NCBI GenBank assembly: GCA_965213625.1
Contig: CBDBZU010000004.1
Coordinates: 3,104,001-3,168,000, forward strand
DNA length: 64,000 nt
Reading direction: 5' to 3'
Source: a bacterium
GTDB taxonomy: Bacteria > UBA8248
Shown: piece after piece, positions 17,748 through 27,370 of the stretch
Position numbering within the stretch: position 1 is the stretch's first letter
How the letters are laid out: each line of letters starts with the position of its first letter
The notes under the pieces: generated by a model
What the model was told of the DNA's origin: nothing
What the model saw: the letters and a program-made list of their open reading frames with translations, nothing else
Database searches by the model: none
Made by a program: the position numbers and the translations under genes

Positions 17748-19267
17748 GGGTCTGTTGAAAAAGCCCCGGCATTGTGATTGGGTGTAAGGACACTATCTCG
17801 CCCGAGATGGGAGTTCCCTCGATGATAGGCAGCAAGGGGCGCGAGCAGATGGATTTGTTCGTGGCCGGTTCGCTGGAACGGTTGATCCCCGAGGATCACG
17901 TCCTGATGCGCGTGGACCGCGTACTGGATTTGAGTTGGCTTCGCGCGGAGGTGGCGGATTGCTATTGCGCGGATAACGGTCGACCGGGGATCGACCCGGA
18001 GGTGGCGTTGCGCCTGATGCTGGCGGGTATGTTGCTGGGCTACGTACACGACCGTCGCCTGCTTCGCGAGGCGCGTGCGCACCTGGCGATCCGGTGGTTC
18101 ATCGGGTACGGGCTGCACGAGGAGTTGCCGCATCATTCGAGCCTGACGCGGATACGTCAGCGCTGGGGGGAGGCACGGTTCAAGGAGATATTCCGTCGCA
18201 CGGTGCAGGCTTGCCTGGAGGCGAATGTGGCGAAGGGGGAAGTGGTGCACGTGGACGCCTCGTTGATACGCGCGGACGTGAGCTGGGAGAGCCTGGCGGC
18301 GCACCACGCGGAGAAGGTGATTCAGGAGAATCCCGTCGATGATGAGGTCGGGAAGAAGGGAGGAGGCCGCGGTGGCGGGGGTCCGGTGAGCCGGACGGAC
18401 CCGGACGCGCGGCTTGCGCGCAAGAGCGCGCGGGCGGGGTTCGAGCCGAGCTACAAGCAGCACGCGGCGGTGGACGATGAGCGGGGTGTTGTTCTCGACG
18501 TGTCGGTGACGGAGGGGACGCGGAACGAGCGTGAGATGATGGCGTCCCATATAGAGGCGGTAAGCGAGTTGTCGGGCCGCACGCCGGAGATGGTGACGGC
18601 GGATTCGGGGTACGCGTACTCGAAGGTTTACGGCGAATTGGAGCGGCGGGGCGTGGAAGCGCTGATACCAGCGAAGAAGGAACCCAGCCAGAGCCGTGTT
18701 CCGCTGCAGTTGTTCCACTACGACGCGCGCAACGAGGTGGTGAAGTGTCCGGGAGGCAAGACGCTGCGCCCCCGGCAGGCGACGGAGCGGGGGCGCTCCT
18801 ATGTATCGAAGACGCGGGATTGCGCGGGCTGCGCGCTCAGGCCCGATTGTCTGTCGAAGTCGCGCACGAGCAGGACGGTGTTGATTCCCAACGCGTATCC
18901 GGCGCTGTTGCGCGCGCGTCGGCGGCATGCGCGCTGGGGGGAGGAGGAGAAGCGTCTCTATGGCCGCCACCGTTGGCGCTCGGAGGGCTACCACGGCGAA
19001 GCGAAGAGTTGGCACGGACTGGGGCGGGCGGTGCGCCGGGGCCTTGCGAACATGAGGATCCAGTCCTACCTGACGGCGATAGCGGTGAACCTCAAGCGGC
19101 TGGCCGCCGCTTTTGCGGCGCGTTTATTCGCCCTCTGGAGGGTCTGTGCCGCCTGGAGACGCCGTCTGCGCACACATGGCGCCCTCACGCGCCGATTGGG
19201 CTGCCTCTCCGCCGCCGCGTGAGCCGCCAAAACGCCCGCTTCCAACACCGGGTTTTTCAACAGACCC
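17748..19267 (+). mobile_element. IS1182-family insertion sequence
   Basis: Terminal inverted repeats GGGTCTGTTGAAAAA / TTTTTCAACAGACCC enclosing one transposase; flanks CTCA(T) and CTCA(A). Confidence 0.9.
17822..19222 (+). CDS. IS1182-family DDE transposase
   Basis: LIPEDH.L, GRPGIDPE, PHHSSL.R.RQR, HVDASLI, SRTDPDA, TADSGY, C..C.LR..C, R.RSEG.HGE.K. Confidence 0.93.
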   Translation: MIGSKGREQMDLFVAGSLERLIPEDHVLMRVDRVLDLSWLRAEVADCYCADNGRPGIDPEVALRLMLAGMLLGYVHDRRLLREARAHLAIRWFIGYGLHEELPHHSSLTRIRQRWGEARFKEIFRRTVQACLEANVAKGEVVHVDASLIRADVSWESLAAHHAEKVIQENPVDDEVGKKGGGRGGGGPVSRTDPDARLARKSARAGFEPSYKQHAAVDDERGVVLDVSVTEGTRNEREMMASHIEAVSELSGRTPEMVTADSGYAYSKVYGELERRGVEALIPAKKEPSQSRVPLQLFHYDARNEVVKCPGGKTLRPRQATERGRSYVSKTRDCAGCALRPDCLSKSRTSRTVLIPNAYPALLRARRRHARWGEEEKRLYGRHRWRSEGYHGEAKSWHGLGRAVRRGLANMRIQSYLTAIAVNLKRLAAAFAARLFALWRVCAAWRRRLRTHGALTRRLGCLSAAA

Positions 19268-19326
19268 CTCAAGGGGGGAGTGAAATTCACCGCGCTCCTT
19301 TTGTGAGGTTTTTCAACAGCCCTGGC

Positions 19327-19867
19327 AAGGGGGGGGTCGAAGCAGGTGCTCCTCCCTCTTCGGTCGGGGCTGACTCCTCGGGAGCGCCACACACATATGC
19401 GACCCGCTCAAGATGGCCCTTCGATACGCCGCCTACGGCGGCTACTCAGGGTGAGGGTGAAATGGCGGCTATTCAGGGTGAGGAAAACAAAAAACACCCT
19501 CATCCCGAGTAGGCCCGCAAGGGCCGTATCGAGGGACGCCCCGCCCGCAAGGGGGCGAAGCATTTATTATGGGCGCGTTCAGTTGGGTAAGGAGTAAAGT
19601 TTCCTCCCTCCTCGGTCGGAATTGACCCTTGATAAGGGGGGGTCGAAGGAGGCGCTCCTCCCTCTTCGGTCGGGGCTGACTCCTCGGGAGCGCCACACAC
19701 ATATGCGACCCGCTCAAGATGGCCCTTCGATATGCCGCCTACGGCGGCTACTCAGGGTGAGGAAAACAAAAAACACCCTCATCCCGAGTAGGCCCACAAG
19801 GGCCGTATCGAGGGACGCCCCGCCCGCAAGGGGGCGAAGCATTTATTATGGGCGCGTTCAATTGGGT
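19327..19867. repeat. Direct duplication of a ~235-260 bp composite REP cassette
   Basis: 19327-19588 and 19634-19867 are nearly identical; copy 1 has an extra 27-bp internal partial duplication. Confidence 0.92.
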
Positions 19868-19887
19868 GTTGCATAAAGCAGCGAGGT

Positions 19888-21813
19888 TCAGCCGATAACC
19901 CCGCCGTCGTCGCGGGTAATGGCGACCACCGCCGAGCGCGGCGTAGTGTCGCCGCCGTCCGGGAAGTGGCTGTCGCCGCCCTTCTCGCCGGGGTGCTGGA
20001 CCCCCACGAACATGGTACGCCCGTCCGCGCTCCACTCGATGCCCGTGACCTCGCACTGCCTGGGTCCCACCATGAAGCGGCGTATTTCGCCCATCACCGG
20101 ATCGCCCACCAGCATCTGGTTGTTGCCCTGGCCCGCGAAGCCCTTGGTGTTCGTGTACTTGCCGTCGGTCTGGATCCACAGCATGCCGTTCCTGTCGAAG
20201 GCGAGGCCGTCGGGGGAGTTGAACATGTTGTCCGGCGTCACGTTCTTTGAGCCCGCGTTGGCGCCCTTGTGGACGGCGGGGTTGCCCGCGACCACGTAGA
20301 GGTCCCACGTGAATGCGTTCGAGAGGTGATCGCCCCCGTCCGGCGCCCAGCGGACAATCTGCCCGTAGCTGTTCTTCGCGCGGGGGTTCGGCCCGCCGAC
20401 GGGGGTGGGGTCGCCGCCCTTGTTGGGCTTGACGCCCCGGTTCTTGTTGTTGGTGAGACAGCAGTAGACCTCCGCCTTCCTGGGGTTCGCCGCCACCCAC
20501 TCGGCGCGGTCCATCGTCGTCGCCTTGACGGCGGAAGCCGCGACCCGCGTGTGGACGCAAATCTCAGCCATCGAGGCCATCCCGGTGGTTTTGGGATTCA
20601 GCTCGGCCCACTCGCCCCGGCCATCCTCCGCGAACCTCGCCGCGTAGAGCTTGCCCGTTTCCAGAAGATTCGAGTTGTCGCCTCCCTCGGCGTAGCGGCC
20701 CTCGCTCACGAACCTGTAGATGAACTCGCCGCGCTCGTCGTCACCCATGTAGACGACCACCTGACCATTCGCGGCGAGGACGACCTCGGCATTCTCGTGC
20801 TTGAAGCGCCCGAGCGCGGTTCGTTTCTTGGGTGTGGATTCAGGATCGAGCGGGTCGATCTCGACGATGTAGCCCGCGCGGTTCGGCTCATTGGGATGTT
20901 TGGCGATATCGAAGCGCTCATCCGTCATCTCCCAGCGGTATCCCCGGCCCTTGCCGCCCACGCCGTAGCGCCTGAACTCGGGCGAAACCTTCACACTGGG
21001 GTCGCTCGAAGAGAAATAAACGTGAAAATTCTCCTCGCACGTGAGATACGTGCCCCACGGCGTCGCGCCGTTTCCGCAGTTGTTCCAGGTGCCGAGACTT
21101 TGCTCACCCTTGGGGTCCGCGGCCGTCTTCATGAGCGCGTGGCCCCGCGCGGGGCCGGTGATCTCCATCGGCGTGTCGGGCGTTATCTTGCGGTTGTAGG
21201 TCGAGTCCTTGACGATGGACCATTTGCCGCCCTTTTGCGCTATCTCCATCACGGACACCCCGTGCGCCGCCTTGCTCTTGCGCACGTCGTCGGCCGTCGC
21301 TGGCTTTCCGCCGCCCTTGCCTCCATGGATGATGTCGATGTTCACGTACTCGTTGTTGACGGCCAGGACGTTCCTGCCGCCCGCCTGAAAGAGCGACATG
21401 CCGTCGTTGTTGTCCCCGAAGGCGAGCTCCTGGCTCGCACCCGTGCCGCGCGTGGCGTGGTCGAACGCAGGCCCCTTCGTCCATATGGGGTCGCCCCACC
21501 TTGCGACGACGTGCCAGCTGTAGCCCTTGGGCACGGTGATCGTATCAAGAGTGTTGGCGGGCACGGCCTCGAAGCCGAAGCGGTTCGCGTTCGCGAAGGC
21601 GGAAAGAGGATCGATTCCCCCGGCGCTCATCACGAACGCCGTCGCGGCGAAGGCGGCCCCCTTGCCCAGGAAGCCGCGCCGGGAGATCATCTTCTCCGCC
21701 AGTTTTTCGAAATCCGTCGCTTGCGGCCGCGGATAATGGATATCGTCGAACTCATCCGGCGAGTACTCCTCGTGCGCGGCGAGCTGCGCGTCGCGCGTTC
21801 GGTCATCAAACAT
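19888..21813 (-). CDS. phoX: Alkaline phosphatase PhoX (Tat-exported)
   Basis: SRRGFL Tat motif, FGDNNDGM, VNNEY, GTWNNCGNG.TPWGTYLTCEEN, LGRFKHE, MDRAEW, SPDGL, LWIQTD, VQHPGE. Confidence 0.95.
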   Translation of the reverse strand: MFDDRTRDAQLAAHEEYSPDEFDDIHYPRPQATDFEKLAEKMISRRGFLGKGAAFAATAFVMSAGGIDPLSAFANANRFGFEAVPANTLDTITVPKGYSWHVVARWGDPIWTKGPAFDHATRGTGASQELAFGDNNDGMSLFQAGGRNVLAVNNEYVNIDIIHGGKGGGKPATADDVRKSKAAHGVSVMEIAQKGGKWSIVKDSTYNRKITPDTPMEITGPARGHALMKTAADPKGEQSLGTWNNCGNGATPWGTYLTCEENFHVYFSSSDPSVKVSPEFRRYGVGGKGRGYRWEMTDERFDIAKHPNEPNRAGYIVEIDPLDPESTPKKRTALGRFKHENAEVVLAANGQVVVYMGDDERGEFIYRFVSEGRYAEGGDNSNLLETGKLYAARFAEDGRGEWAELNPKTTGMASMAEICVHTRVAASAVKATTMDRAEWVAANPRKAEVYCCLTNNKNRGVKPNKGGDPTPVGGPNPRAKNSYGQIVRWAPDGGDHLSNAFTWDLYVVAGNPAVHKGANAGSKNVTPDNMFNSPDGLAFDRNGMLWIQTDGKYTNTKGFAGQGNNQMLVGDPVMGEIRRFMVGPRQCEVTGIEWSADGRTMFVGVQHPGEKGGDSHFPDGGDTTPRSAVVAITRDDGGVIG

Positions 21814-21901
21814 CTCTCATCCCCCACTTTGTGAAATTCGTGTTTAACGGTAGGCGCGCGAAAACACGCCTTTGTCGAAGCAATCCTCTTGTTCGGGAGG
21901 G

Positions 21902-21957
21902 ATTATAGCGGCCCCTCATGGCGCGCGCGTTACAAAATTATGGAAAGTTCATGAAAA
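21902..21957 (-). promoter_or_regulatory. Pho-box array and -10 element upstream of phoX
   Basis: Minus strand: TTTTCAT-GAAC-TTTCCAT-AATT-TTGTAAC-GCGC-GCGCCAT, then 10 nt, then TATAAT. 11-bp periodicity as in PhoB sites. Confidence 0.7.
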
Positions 21958-22268
21958 ACGGAAGACGAAGAGTGGGAGCAAATCCGCGCGAGGAGGGGTT
22001 GTTGGATAACCCCGAGAAAGGAGCGAACGCAGTTTCCCGACCGATGAGGGAGAGGCTGTGCATCTTCGATAAGGGGAAGATCGTGCCGAACGGGCGGGAG
22101 AGGTGCCAAGTATAAGACATGTTATTCCGCCTGCCTGTGATTGCCCCACCCTGCCCGGGCAAATCTCTTGCTGGCGATGAACGGGTCGCAATCAAACCTT
22201 GCTGGCTGACCGCCCCCTCGAGGCGCTAAAGCTGGAAGCGAGGCTGTTCGATTGGCGAATTGATAATG

Positions 22269-23312
22269 CTACAAGTATCCCATTTCCGCACAGTAAGCCA
22301 CGAATACGGAGCCCGCGTAGCCGGCATAAGTATCCTGGTCGAACAACATGTGTTGAAAGTTCCTGTCGTTGATTAGATTCATCATCCAGTTGCAGTAAGT
22401 ATGATCGTAAAACTTGAATCCGGTCTCGCACATGAACAGATGACCAGAATTGTTGTCCACCAAAACGTCGTGCGCGTAGAATCCCGGGCCCAGGGCGCAT
22501 CCGATGCGTTTCCCCAGCGCGTGAAGTTCTTCCAGACGCGGCGCAACCAGTTTTCCATACAGATGCTCCAGAAGTTCGGGATTTTTCGGAGTATCCCTGC
22601 TGTGCACCGACGGGTTGTTCTCATCGACGTTTCGGGCGCGAATATATATCTGCAACGTGCGTGTGCCGATACAAACCAGCCTGACGCACGTAAAATAGTC
22701 GCCGTTTTCAAACGGTATCCTGGTGTCGATAAACTCCGCATTGTAGCGGTTGTCATCTATTTCCTCTGCATTTTCGAGGACAAAGACATCCTCTCCGGAA
22801 CCGACTCTTGCGTTGCTGAATATCTTCTTCCCCTCATCTATGTCCAGGCTCGGCATCCTTATCCCTTGCCGGGACAATGTTTCGTTCGCCTTTTGCTTGT
22901 CTTTAATAATATTGGCGGTACGATGAGAATTGAAAATCGCGTTTGCTTTCTTCGATAAATCTTCTGGAATATCGAATTTATCGAGATCGTCATAAATTTC
23001 ATTCACGAGATGAATCAGGACAACCGGTACGCCTTCGGAATTATCGAGTTCTCTCTTCAAACCCTTGCAGTCGGTTACGCACGACGTCGCAATGCCGCAT
23101 TGTCCCAATATTCGGCAAAACGGCGGAAAAAAAAGATTTGCCTGCACCTTTCCGCGGGTATTCAACCCATCAGCGCCCAAAGCGCAAAAAATTACTTTTC
23201 CTCTGGCTTTCGATGGTTGAAACCGTCGAATCGGCAAATTTCTCTCCCAATGCCTGTTTCTGTATTTTTGGGGGAAAGCGCGAAAAAAGGTGCGCTCTAA
23301 TCTCATCATCAT
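22269..23312 (-). CDS. Hypothetical protein with ATP-grasp-like C-terminal half
   Basis: IKDKQ.....L...GI.MP, AEFIDT, VRLVCIG, FYAHDVL......LFMCE resemble ATP-grasp elements; lower GC than neighbours. Confidence 0.5.
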   Translation of the reverse strand: MMMRLERTFFRAFPQKYRNRHWERNLPIRRFQPSKARGKVIFCALGADGLNTRGKVQANLFFPPFCRILGQCGIATSCVTDCKGLKRELDNSEGVPVVLIHLVNEIYDDLDKFDIPEDLSKKANAIFNSHRTANIIKDKQKANETLSRQGIRMPSLDIDEGKKIFSNARVGSGEDVFVLENAEEIDDNRYNAEFIDTRIPFENGDYFTCVRLVCIGTRTLQIYIRARNVDENNPSVHSRDTPKNPELLEHLYGKLVAPRLEELHALGKRIGCALGPGFYAHDVLVDNNSGHLFMCETGFKFYDHTYCNWMMNLINDRNFQHMLFDQDTYAGYAGSVFVAYCAEMGYL

Positions 23313-23402
23313 GGGTTTGATGACCTCTGGCGAATACGGCGGGCAGAGATGAGGAGAGAAGCCAATGCAGGATAACGAATTTGACAGCCCCGCCGCAAAG
23401 AC

Positions 23403-24440
23403 TCAAGACGATTCGATCGCAGACTCGACTTTTTTCGCAACATCGGCCGGCACCCACTTCTTCCAGACCTTATTGGTCTTCAGGAAGTGGATTGCGGTGA
23501 CCTTCGCGTCGCCGCCGGCATCTTTCTCGAGATAGGAGAGCACCTCCGAGACGACTTTGGAGGGAAGCGAGTATTTCTCGAGGAAAGCGACGATCTCCGG
23601 ATGCTTGGCCGCGAACTTCGTGGTGACCGTTTTGGGTAGCTCCATCGTCCGGTAGGCGACGGCCTTCCTGGGGTTCCCCATGGCCTCCTCCCCGCCCTTC
23701 TTGAGCGCGCTCACGTGCTTCATCATCGCGTCCCAGTCGGCCTCGTTCCATGCAGGTTCTTCGAGCTGGACGAGGTCGAGCTGCCCCAGGAGCGGCGTCG
23801 GCGCCCAGTAATAGGCCACGACCGGCTTTTTCTTGAGATAGGCCCCCTTGATGGCCGCCGCGAGCGCGCCGCCCGAACCGGGCCGGAAGTTGGTGAAATG
23901 TTTCTCCAGCCCGTAGGCGCGCAGCTTCACCGTGTTGATGACCTCACACGCCCAGCCGGGGATGCAGTTCACGAACCGGCCTTTGGAGGGTTCTTCGGGG
24001 TCCTTGAAGAGATGCTTGTACTTCGCGAGGTCGTAGACCGTCTTGAGGCCCGGGTTCGCCGTCTGGACGAAGCGCGGGATGAACCAGCCCTGTATGCTGT
24101 CGGGCGTGTTCACGCTCAGCTTCTTGACCTTGCCCTTCTTCTCCGCGAGGTCGTACTGATCCTTCGTGCTGTCGTACCAAAGCTCCATGATCAGGTCGTT
24201 TTTCCCCTCGTAGTGGGCCGCCATGGTCGGCAGCGTGCCGCCGTAGATGAGCCGCACCCGGCAGCCGTAGCCGTGCTCGAGGATGAAGGCGGCCACCTGG
24301 CCGTGAAAATTGGCGCTGTCCCAGTTCAGGTCGCCGATCCGGACCCTGCAGGTGGCTTCCGCCCTTCCGGGCAGGGAGACGAGGGCGCTCAGGCCGAGGA
24401 AGAGTGCAAGAACGACGATAATCAATGTCTTGGGCTTCAT
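23403..24440 (-). CDS. Glycine betaine/proline ABC substrate-binding protein (ProX/OpuAC family)
   Basis: LNWDSA, HGYGC, MELW, FKDPEEPSKGRFVNC.PGWAC, NFRPGSG, YYWAPT. Confidence 0.9.
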   Translation of the reverse strand: MKPKTLIIVVLALFLGLSALVSLPGRAEATCRVRIGDLNWDSANFHGQVAAFILEHGYGCRVRLIYGGTLPTMAAHYEGKNDLIMELWYDSTKDQYDLAEKKGKVKKLSVNTPDSIQGWFIPRFVQTANPGLKTVYDLAKYKHLFKDPEEPSKGRFVNCIPGWACEVINTVKLRAYGLEKHFTNFRPGSGGALAAAIKGAYLKKKPVVAYYWAPTPLLGQLDLVQLEEPAWNEADWDAMMKHVSALKKGGEEAMGNPRKAVAYRTMELPKTVTTKFAAKHPEIVAFLEKYSLPSKVVSEVLSYLEKDAGGDAKVTAIHFLKTNKVWKKWVPADVAKKVESAIESS

Positions 24441-24682
24441 GGATGATCTCCGATGTGAAGGCATTCCGGACGGGACGACTTCCGCGCGCGAGTGTTATCG
24501 AGGATGAAATTCTAGCAAGCGCAATACGCGGCATCAAATCCACGGTATGACGGGCAAACGCCACACTCACCCGCAGTCAATCACACCTACCCCTTCCCAA
24601 GCGGGAGCCCAACCTGTAGATTGAAGCTCGCCGTATTTACGACGCGCAATATCCCGAGAACGCCTTAAACCCCGAGAACCGG

Positions 24683-25567
24683 ATGAACCCCCAGCTCATC
24701 GCCGCCTCCTACGCCATGTCCACCGCCGTGGTCTTCGCCACCTTCAGCGTGTGCATCAGGAAGGGCGGTGAGCATGCAAACGCGCTCACGGGCGTCTTCA
24801 TCGGCCTGTTCACATCGCTCCCCGTGATGCTCGCCGTCACCTGGTATTACTGGGAACCCGAGTGGTGGAACCTCCATGCGTTTTTCTACTTCTCGCTGGC
24901 GGGACTCACCGGGCCGGCCATGTCGCGCGTGTTCCTGTATCTCAGCATCTCCTACCTGGGCGTCGCGCGCGCGATGCCGTTCGTCTCGCTGACGCCATTG
25001 TTCTCCACCTCGCTCGCCATCGCCTTCCTGGGCGAGCGGCCGGGCGCGCTCATCCTGGCGGGCACGCTATCCATCGTCCTGGGCAGTGTTGCGCTCAGTT
25101 ATAAAAAATCCGATGACACCTCATGGCAGAGAAAACACCTCATCCTCGCGTTCTTCAGCGCCGTCACCGCTGCGTTCTCGTTTCTTTTCCGAAAACTCGC
25201 CTTCGCCCATGTCGAGGCCCCCGTCATGGGCGCCACCCTCACGACGCTGGCGGGGTTCCTCTTCCTGCTCACCTTCATCCCGCTTTTCCCGAAAGATCAA
25301 AAACCCGACCAGTTCGACCGCCCCAAGGCCTGGTACATCTTCGGGCTGTGCGGATTGCTGAACGCGCTCGGGTTTTTCCTGCACTTCACAGCCATCAGCA
25401 TCGGCGACCTCTCGATAGTGGCTCCCCTCACTTCCACGGCCCCCATCTTCAGTCTCGCCATGAGCTTTTTCCTTCTCAGGCGCGTGGAGCGGATTACGCC
25501 CGCCATTCTCGTCGGCACAGCGTGCATGGTGATAGGTGCTGCCCTCATCGGCTGGCGCATCCGCTAG
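24683..25567 (+). CDS. DMT/EamA family transporter
   Basis: Two repeated five-TM halves with PLFS..LA..FLGE and PIFS....FLL...ERI. Confidence 0.88.
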   Translation: MNPQLIAASYAMSTAVVFATFSVCIRKGGEHANALTGVFIGLFTSLPVMLAVTWYYWEPEWWNLHAFFYFSLAGLTGPAMSRVFLYLSISYLGVARAMPFVSLTPLFSTSLAIAFLGERPGALILAGTLSIVLGSVALSYKKSDDTSWQRKHLILAFFSAVTAAFSFLFRKLAFAHVEAPVMGATLTTLAGFLFLLTFIPLFPKDQKPDQFDRPKAWYIFGLCGLLNALGFFLHFTAISIGDLSIVAPLTSTAPIFSLAMSFFLLRRVERITPAILVGTACMVIGAALIGWRIR

Positions 25568-25727
25568 AAAGACGGGGCGCGGGCGGTGCCGCTTTCCAAG
25601 ACGGACGATCCGGGTCTGTATTCGATATCTACCCCAGGCGTGCTACATTGCGCGCATTGTGCATGCGCCGCCGAGACAGTTCGACCGCCGCGCCTCGACC
25701 ATTGCTTGAGATGGAGACCGAATCCCC

Positions 25728-26960
25728 ATGAGCCGCGTTGTCTCCACCGATATCCATCCCGGCCGTAGCGCCGTGCTCGCGGTGGTCGTGGCCGGTTGTC
25801 TGATCTCGCTCATCGGATTCGGGATCCGGGGGAGCTTCGGGCTTTATCTCGAACCGATGACGGTTTCGAACGGGTGGTCGCGCCAGACCTTCGCATTCGC
25901 GATGGCGGTCCAGAATCTATTGTGGGGAATCGGCGTCCCGGTCGCCGGGGCCATCGCGGACCGGTACGGAGCCGCGCTGGTGATCGCCTTTGGCGCAGTC
26001 GTCTTCGCCATTGGCGTTGCAGCCATGGCGGTGGCGGACAGCGGAATCGCACTCCTGTTGAGCGGCGGCCTCCTCGTCGGCCTCGGGGTCGCGTTCACCT
26101 CGTTCTCGCTCGTGCTCGCCGCCATCGCGCGGGTCGTGGGGCCGGAACGCCGCTCGCTTGCACTCGGATTCGGTACCGCGGCCGGCTCGCTCGGCCAGGT
26201 GATCTTCTCACCTCTCAGCCAGGCCCTGATATCGAGCTACGGCTGGTACGACTCGCTCTTGCTGATCGCTCTCATCACGCTGGTCATGATTCCGCTCGCG
26301 TTCACCCTGCGGGGGGCGGGCAAGGCGGTCGGCGAGCCGGAGTCGGGCCAGACACTACGGGAAGCTCTCGGCGAGGCGTTGAGCCATCGCGGCTACGTGC
26401 TCCTCACCACCGGGTTCTTCGTGTGTGGGTTTCACGTCGCTTTCATCGTCGTGCACTTCCCCGCCTACGTCACCGATCTCGGCCTCTCGCCGCATGTAGG
26501 CGCCTATGCGATCTCGATCGTCGGGCTGCTCAACATCTTCGGCGCGTTCATGTCGGGCGCCATCGGCCAACGGTTCAGCAAGAAGATGAGTCTTTCCGTC
26601 ATCTACCTGGGCCGGGGGCTGGTCATCGTCGCGCTCCTGATGGCCCCGGCGAGTGACCTGACGATCTACCTGTTCGCCGCATCGATGGGGGTGCTGTGGC
26701 TTTCGACGGTCCCGCTGACCACCGGCATCGTCGCGCAGCTCTTCGGGTTGAAATACATGGCGACCCTCTCCGGCATCGTGTTGCTGGGCCATCAGATCGG
26801 AAGCTTCGTCGGCGTATGGATGGGTGGGGTGATCTACGATCGCACCGGCTCGTACGACCTGATGTGGTGGGCCGCCGTGTTCTTGGCGTTGTTCGCGGCC
26901 ATCCTCCATCTGGCCATTGACGAGAAGCCGGTCCCCCGTCTCGCGCTGGATGAGGGCTGA
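25728..26960 (+). CDS. MFS transporter
   Basis: QNLLWG, ADRYG, GFFVCGFHVAFI..H.PAY, LWLSTVPLT, HQIGSF.G. Confidence 0.9.
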   Translation: MSRVVSTDIHPGRSAVLAVVVAGCLISLIGFGIRGSFGLYLEPMTVSNGWSRQTFAFAMAVQNLLWGIGVPVAGAIADRYGAALVIAFGAVVFAIGVAAMAVADSGIALLLSGGLLVGLGVAFTSFSLVLAAIARVVGPERRSLALGFGTAAGSLGQVIFSPLSQALISSYGWYDSLLLIALITLVMIPLAFTLRGAGKAVGEPESGQTLREALGEALSHRGYVLLTTGFFVCGFHVAFIVVHFPAYVTDLGLSPHVGAYAISIVGLLNIFGAFMSGAIGQRFSKKMSLSVIYLGRGLVIVALLMAPASDLTIYLFAASMGVLWLSTVPLTTGIVAQLFGLKYMATLSGIVLLGHQIGSFVGVWMGGVIYDRTGSYDLMWWAAVFLALFAAILHLAIDEKPVPRLALDEG

Positions 26961-27071
26961 ATCAGGCGGAACGCAATCAGCCGGAAACCGCTCGGTCGCC
27001 GCCGGGGACGGACCCCCGTGCCCGCCCAATATTCGTTTTTGGTCACGGCAATCTGCGGTATCGGGCTCCTA

Positions 27072-27156
27072 AGGACAGGCACGGGGGCCTACCCGGCTAC
27101 GCAAATCCCATGTATCGAAACGAACCTGCAGGGGCAGGTCGCGACCTGTCCCTACG
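27072..27156. repeat. GTAG-family REP palindromes
   Basis: GGACAGGCACGGGGGCCTACCCGGCTAC and GGGCAGGTCGCGACCTGTCCCTAC. Confidence 0.75.
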
Positions 27157-27370
27157 GAAAGCGGATGGGTTTGCAGGGAAGAACCCGTGTATCGGCCTTT
27201 ATTTCTCCCTGCGCAGCCGCGAAAAACATCCCGCAAACCATGAAATTTACGCTAAAATGGTTCATGCGCGCCGTGGGGGAGAAGATGCGCGCGTGCGCGG
27301 GCCGCCTCTTTATCCACCCCCTTGCGAGATTGGGGCGCGGAGCAGAAGTTTAGGAGAGGAGGGTCGGCCG

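Noticed and set aside
17744-19015. 423-aa minus-strand ORF
   Set aside because: Antisense shadow of the IS1182 transposase in GC-rich DNA; no recognisable motifs.
20269-21834. Long antisense or alternate-frame ORFs (also 28672-30141, 30898-32013, 41536-42519, 58032-59006)
   Set aside because: They overlap well-supported genes and are typical GC3-bias shadows with Arg/Ala/Gly-rich nonsense composition.
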